A DNA stretch of 64,000 nucleotides from an uncultured Clostridia bacterium. GTDB taxonomy: Bacteria; Bacillota; Clostridia; Christensenellales; CAG-917. The translations under genes were made by a program, and so were the position numbers. The stretch's first letter is position 1; every line of letters begins with the position of its first letter. Positions 61,454 through 64,000 of the stretch are shown in pieces. The stretch covers positions 64,443 to 128,442 of the forward strand of contig CANQNQ010000004.1 of the NCBI GenBank assembly GCA_947625225.1, read 5' to 3'. The notes under the pieces were generated by a model. That model was given only the letters and a program-made list of their open reading frames with translations. It did no database searches and had not been told where the DNA came from.

Positions 61454-61511
61454 AATCTCTCCACTAAATTCCCGATCATCGCTAAAATTATACTATATCA
61501 TTGCAAACACT

Positions 61512-62027
61512 TCAAGCCGAAAAGCGCATAGCCCTTTGGCGACGACGCTCTGTTGCCTCTTTGGAATTATCGATAAATTGATAAATTACTCCATATTCGA
61601 AAGAAAAATCTTTTTCAGCGGACAGTTCCCACTCGTTTACGTCGATAATCTGCTGCCCTTTGATTTCGGTCTTTTTACCCAGCCAAAGGTTAACAATCAT
61701 AAATACGTCTTGTTTGAGAAGCTGTTTTTTTGCAAACGCTTTCAGCCATTTGAGTTCTTCAAGCGCATTTGTCGCATAGTTTTCCGATATAACAGAGCGA
61801 TACCTCGTTTCGTAATCAAGCCCAAACTCACTGTCTATGGCATAAAGGCAAAAGTCTTTAAAAACGTTGCATAAACATTGTTTTTCCTGTTCGGTCAACT
61901 CTGTTCTGAACGCTATCCCGCTGTCGTACCACACATCACCGTCATGTATGGTTTGGAAAATGTTTTTGTATTTGTAAGTCGTCTTTTGAAGCGGTGTTTC
62001 CAAAGCCAAAAAGCATTTCATCGACAT
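61512..62027 (-). CDS. Hypothetical protein (171 aa)
   Basis: A clean ORF with a GAGGAAAAA ribosome-binding site and its own promoter. No family recognised. Confidence 0.55.
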   Translation of the reverse strand: MSMKCFLALETPLQKTTYKYKNIFQTIHDGDVWYDSGIAFRTELTEQEKQCLCNVFKDFCLYAIDSEFGLDYETRYRSVISENYATNALEELKWLKAFAKKQLLKQDVFMIVNLWLGKKTEIKGQQIIDVNEWELSAEKDFSFEYGVIYQFIDNSKEATERRRQRAMRFSA

Positions 62028-62063
62028 AATTTTTCCTCTGCTACATTACTGATTATCGCTTCA

Positions 62064-62092
62064 ACTATACCATAAACAGGGACGAAAATCAA
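62064..62092 (-). promoter_or_regulatory. Candidate promoter for the 171-aa gene (TTGATT-17-TGgTATAGT)
   Basis: On the minus strand, -35 is at 62092..62087 and -10 at 62069..62064. Confidence 0.45.
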
Positions 62093-62126
62093 GCGAGGCG
62101 GGTATCACGCCAAAAATTTCATTATA

Positions 62127-62167
62127 AACCCCGCCGACAGAGCATTTCGCTCCGTCGGCGGGGTTTT
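62127..62167. terminator. Strong GC-rich hairpin (terminator) downstream of the 425-aa lipoprotein gene
   Basis: AACCCCGCCGAC-N15-GTCGGCGGGGTT with T-rich flanks on both strands, about 240 nt after the stop at 62405. Confidence 0.6.
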
Positions 62168-62404
62168 CTATCTTTTCTTCTACAAGTGACATAATACGTC
62201 ATTTGCTTTTTTTGACTTATGGCGCAAGCAACTAATATCGCGCAACGGCAACTTTATCGTATTTTAACATACAAAAAGTCAACTTAAACTTGCCGTATTG
62301 CAATTTTCAAATGTTTTTTACAAAGCCAAAGGCGCCCGCAGATGCAACCGGACGCCCTTGAATCACATGAGTTTATTCTTTTGTAAAAACTATTATTGTT
62401 CTCG

Positions 62405-63682
62405 TTATGCTTGCGCCTTGGGATAGGTTATGTTGCCATTGGTGCAAACCACGGTAAACGTGATGTCGACATAGACGGATTCCTCTTTCTCTTCATCATA
62501 GTGGTCATACACGTGGGTCCAATCCTGTGCCAGATTTTTATACTGTTCTTCCCATTGTTGTGTGGTGCCGCCAAAGTTGATCGTTTTGAGAGCAGTATTA
62601 TCGGAAACTCTCACAAACGGCTTGTCGCTGACGGGTATCGTGATCTCCTTTATTTTCCCGCTCAACCGCACTTCGCCGATGGCCTTCTCTACAACTACTG
62701 CGTTCAACGCGTCTTCATCGTTCAAATACAGCTCCGCTCTCTCAATATCGTATTCGCCTATTTTCGCGGGCACGGTGAGCGTGGCGGGCAATTCATTGTA
62801 AAAGTAATTCGCGCGATATTTGCCGGTGCCTACATTTTCATAATCTTGGGTTTGCTCGTTATAGTGATAGTCCGTTATCTCATCGATATGCCAGCCCGGC
62901 TTGTTTATAAGTTTTGCATAATAGTAACCGGCCTGTTCATTGATTTTGATATAGCTGTCGTCGGTGTAGTTTATTGACATAAACTTCTGCTCATTTGCAA
63001 TGCTCACATTGTCTTTATCATAAGGCATATATCCTTCCATTGCGTCGCAGTTGCCTTTCATAGGCTCCATATACCAATATGCCACGGCGCCTTCTTCCAC
63101 GTCAAAATAGAAAGGCGCAACGGTGTTTGACTCGTTTTTATCGATGCCCCTGTGCAGTTTGCCTTCCATAAACTCGATCTGTTCCTGCGCAAATTTTTTG
63201 ATCGTTGAAGGGCGTTTGCTCTGAAGCGCTTTTTGATAAACGGCGTTGTCGGAAATTATCTTTTTGCCGTCTCTGACTACCCCTTCATACTCATCTTTTT
63301 CAGCATCATAAGCTGACTTCGCGTCCGCCTCATTTTCAAACACTGCCCACTCAAAGTCCTCATCTTCCGCATGGAAACCTACGCGCACAAAGCCGCCCGT
63401 AAAATCAGTATCTCTAGGGTCGACATTGTAATACTCAAGATTGAATGACGCTGTGCCTTCCTCGGCATTGGCGTCTATGGCTTCCGCAGCAACCAAAAAG
63501 TAGTTGAAAAGCGCGTCGATATCCGACTTGGACTCTTCCACCACCTTCTTAATTCCTTCGGTCATTTCAACGCTGTCGGAATTGTTGTTCTTTTTGTCGT
63601 TGTTGCAAGCTACAAGTGCAAATGCCATCACCGGCACAAGAACCGCTATCAGCAACATCCTGATGTGTTTGGTTTGCTTCAT
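62405..63682 (-). CDS. Predicted lipoprotein (425 aa), function unknown
   Basis: MKQTKHIRMLLIAVLVPVMAFALVAC-NNDKKNNN has the same L-V-A-C lipobox as the giant protein. AGGAGG ribosome-binding site. Confidence 0.75.
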   Translation of the reverse strand: MKQTKHIRMLLIAVLVPVMAFALVACNNDKKNNNSDSVEMTEGIKKVVEESKSDIDALFNYFLVAAEAIDANAEEGTASFNLEYYNVDPRDTDFTGGFVRVGFHAEDEDFEWAVFENEADAKSAYDAEKDEYEGVVRDGKKIISDNAVYQKALQSKRPSTIKKFAQEQIEFMEGKLHRGIDKNESNTVAPFYFDVEEGAVAYWYMEPMKGNCDAMEGYMPYDKDNVSIANEQKFMSINYTDDSYIKINEQAGYYYAKLINKPGWHIDEITDYHYNEQTQDYENVGTGKYRANYFYNELPATLTVPAKIGEYDIERAELYLNDEDALNAVVVEKAIGEVRLSGKIKEITIPVSDKPFVRVSDNTALKTINFGGTTQQWEEQYKNLAQDWTHVYDHYDEEKEESVYVDITFTVVCTNGNITYPKAQA

Positions 63683-63846
63683 TTATTCCTCCTTTTGCGC
63701 TTGCGCGCGGGTAATCGGGTTGGGCGCGCCGCATATATAAATATATGTTTTTGCACGCAACAGCATAGAAATTATAATGCTTTTGCATATAAAAGTCAAC
63801 GCATTTGCGGCTTAAATGTAATGCATTTGCATAGTATAATAGATGC

Positions 63847-64000
63847 ATGGACGTACTCACAAAAATTCGAAAGCTGCAAAGTGAACGCAATTGGTCCGAC
63901 TACAAGCTCGCGCAGGAAGCCGATATCCCCGTGGCGACCCTTTCGTCGCTGTTTCAGCGTGGCAATCTGCCAAAAGTAGATACGTTGCAGTGCATCTGCA
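63847..64000 (+). CDS. XRE-family HTH regulator, N-terminal part (runs off the right edge)
   Basis: Absent from the ORF track. The translation is MDVLTKIRKLQSERNWSDYKLAQEADIPVATLSSLFQRGNLPKVDTLQCIC. A TATAAT at 63835..63840 sits 6 nt before the ATG, and there is no Shine-Dalgarno sequence. Confidence 0.65.
   Translation, partial: MDVLTKIRKLQSERNWSDYKLAQEADIPVATLSSLFQRGNLPKVDTLQCIC

Overview
The window looks like chromosomal DNA from a moderately GC-rich, Firmicutes/Clostridia-like bacterium. That placement rests on gene content, GGAGG ribosome-binding sites and TTGACA-17-TATAAT promoters; no database search was possible.

Left third (1-17.1 kb): core housekeeping genes. On the minus strand these are a prfB 5' part, secA, a comFC-like gene, recD2, and an rpoB-rpoC-metK unit. 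On the plus strand are rqcP(yabO)-like and a fused ispDF.

17-26.7 kb: small accessory genes mixed with housekeeping genes.
- Two membrane proteins share a homologous N-terminal zinc ribbon.
- An AT-rich islet carries an XRE regulator and a small membrane protein.
- A DUF1893 gene is paired with an ECF-S-like gene.
- An orphan promoter-to-terminator unit may be an sRNA.
- The rest are pyrG, a DAGK-family lipid kinase, an Fe-alcohol dehydrogenase and a DUF1858 gene.

26.75-53.35 kb: the main finding. A single uninterrupted minus-strand ORF of 26.6 kb (about 42% of the window) encodes an 8,865-aa predicted lipoprotein.
- It has its own perfect consensus promoter and its own intrinsic terminator.
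- It contains about 13 very large degenerate modules. Each ends in a GIY..G.LY.DLS-like strand pair followed by a Gly/Ser/Ala/Asp linker carrying a conserved A-E-A-x-A-A-A-[DP] motif.
- The C-terminal ~3,000 aa are compositionally different, Thr/Asn/Tyr/Gly-rich, with recurring Ig-like W...GG...VPV units.
- I do not recognise the module. No LPXTG, SLH, LysM or choline-binding anchor is visible.

Right of the giant gene:
- An acyl-transfer-flavoured cluster: a DUF1624-type membrane acyltransferase, an HGGG/GDSAG esterase and a stand-alone HxxxDG condensation-like enzyme. It is punctuated by three copies of a 30-bp repeat.
- A lower-GC accessory stretch: a TfoX-N-like gene, a YdeI-like gene, hypotheticals, a second lipoprotein and a truncated XRE gene.

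I found no rRNA, tRNA, CRISPR array, transposase or integrase. All long plus-strand ORFs inside the big minus-strand genes are treated as antisense shadow ORFs. Intergenic coordinates were read by eye and may be off by 1-2 nt.
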